Of a DNA stretch of 64,000 bases, positions 62,106-64,000 are shown piece by piece. Numbering within the stretch: the first letter of the stretch is position 1; each line of letters begins with the position of its first letter. The notes beneath the pieces are model-generated. The model was not told where the DNA came from, searched no databases, and saw nothing but the letters and a program-made list of their open reading frames with translations. Where the stretch lies: contig JAQFVV010000001.1 in assembly GCA_028023455.1 (NCBI GenBank), positions 3,410,001-3,474,000 of the forward strand, in the 5' to 3' direction. The position numbers and the translations under genes are program-made. The DNA is from Epiperipatus broadwayi. Taxonomy: Eukaryota; Animalia; Onychophora.

Positions 62106-64000
62106 ATTAATTTATTTCTACTTCATATATAAATACACACATGCATTTAATTTCATTAAAAACATTCATTAATAGGTACTACATTATTTCTTTTTTTCAA
62201 GATTATGAATATTAAATTGACTGTAATAATCAAAGATAAAAATGAATGAACTTTTTTTTATAGTTTACCTCCTATTGTCTATCTTATATTTTATAGAATC
62301 ATTTTTATGTCAATTTAAATATTCAACTTTCCTCTTATTTTATTTATCAAGTTAATTAAAAAATTAATTTACCTTCACAAATATATTTGAAGATATTCTG
62401 AAAACAATTACTATTTTAATAAAAACATATAAGTGCTTAGCCATACAAAAACTTTCAGAAATATGGAATAATGACATTAAACTTTTTTGTTAAAAAAAGT
62501 GATTTAAGTCCACATAGAATATCAAGACATTTATTTGTGAACTATCAAATATAAATATTTTGTAACATTGAGAATTTCTTACTTTTGTTTTTTTTATTCT
62601 TTAAAGAAAGTAAAGTAGATCAATAATTAACGTATTATTTTTTTATTGCATTACTTGAAACTCCAGATAATTTTTCTCTCTGCAAGTTGCATTTAAAGCC
62701 TAATTAAATCATTTCAAAGGTACAATAATATTTTTTCTTTTATTTTTCTTAGACTACCTGAGAAAAAAAATCATTTCATATCTAAGGTAAAAAAAAAAGA
62801 CTCCCTGGCCTCTTGTTTACAATTAATGTGTATTTGTTTCATTAAAAAATACTCTAGAAAATTTTAAAAGTAAATGAACAATTTATTTAGAGCATTGAAT
62901 GACTTTTGATATTTTTCTGCTACTAATTTAATAAAAATTATTTAAAATATTATGTTTCATTTTTCATTCATTCCATATCAACACCTGACTTATTTATTAG
63001 AATGGCCCTATTAACTCTTTTTATAGAAAGATATTTAATATCACATCCAAATTGATTGATACAATATTTCTTTATAAAACAATTTTAATAAAAATCATTC
63101 CACCCAAGGATTTTAAACCTAGCATTTGATCAATAAAAAATAGCCTTGAAAAAAATTAAAAGAAAATTAAGAGCTAAGAAAGTTGCACTATTAAGTTAAA
63201 ATATTGTCTGTACTATTGATATTATTACCGGAAGTATTAACAAAATATGTAAAAACAATATTTGGTATGTTCATCCAGGTTTCATTTTATTAGCCTCTCC
63301 AAAATATTCTTCTGACAAAATTTGTTTAAATTGTATTTATTTTAAAAATTAATAGAATCAATTTTATTCCAAGAAAAAATTAGCTACTGCTTTTTAAAAA
63401 ATCCATCTAATGATAAGTTATTTAAAATTTTCCAAGAGAAAATAAAAAGATAATTTATCCAGATTTTTTTTTAATGATCTAGATGACAAATAATTAAATC
63501 AAGTACACCAGGGTCTCTTTTTGTGCAGATTTTTTAAATGCAATTTTGAAGTTATGCGATTCATGTTTCTTCTTAATATCTTTTTATGCAGTTTTCTTTT
63601 ATGCAATAAAGAAGTTCACATTTCACCTTATATTTTACATACTTTAAATGTCTGTTGGAAAAAGGTTTGGCAATAAATTTAGATACTGTAGAAGATTTAG
63701 AAAAAGATAATGAAACAAGTGAAACCTGTTAATTCACAGCAAAAATGATTCGAGAAAGTCTTCAATTTTCTAATTAATTGGACAATCATTTTTTTTTGTT
63801 AATGAAATGAATTATGAATGAGCTCTTAAATTCCAATGAGAGCTAAATAGTTGTATGCCTGGATATTGTGAGCTTCATAAACAATTAGTAAAATCATCAC
63901 CTCAAAGTTTAATCACCAATTACATTGTCGACAGAAAACAATTAACTTTTAGAATTTTTTTAATGGCTGAGTGAATTAAAGGTTTAAACTTTTGATTGGT

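Noticed and set aside
63503-63610. Possible pogo/Tigger-like MITE end (TTTT(G/A)TGC(A/G) repeats)
   Set aside because: No partner TIR or TSD was found in the window.
43100-64000. A second host gene downstream of KLF
   Set aside because: No exon-like, non-TE coding segment with recognisable motifs was found on either strand. Small exons of a long-intron gene cannot be excluded without RNA-seq.

Overview
Very AT-rich, CpG-depleted animal genomic DNA. The U2 snRNA variant and the repeat content suggest an arthropod, possibly a chelicerate (inference). There is one host protein-coding gene: a 4-exon KLF5-like Kruppel-like zinc-finger transcription factor on the + strand (CDS 23226-40221, ~400 aa) with a CpG-retaining promoter region. 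The rest is mostly decayed mobile DNA: three RTE-clade LINE copies (one carrying a full-length U2 snRNA copy), older RTE-BovB-like remnants, a rearranged Penelope-like element (PLE; RT + GIY-YIG), a hAT MITE and tRNA-derived SINE heads. Two things stand out. (1) At least five sequence-distinct families share one architecture: inverted arm + sense arm carrying a minimal type-I hammerhead ribozyme (HHR) + 3' tail, flanked by 12-22 bp target-site duplications (TSDs) where flanks could be read. They include one apparently fully canonical ribozyme (20563-20605, - strand) and several hairpin copies inside KLF intron 3. (2) A ~2.8 kb imperfect palindrome starts ~50 bp after the KLF stop codon. Coordinates were counted by eye and are accurate to a few bases for young features; they are approximate for decayed repeats. 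No database searches or folding computations were run.
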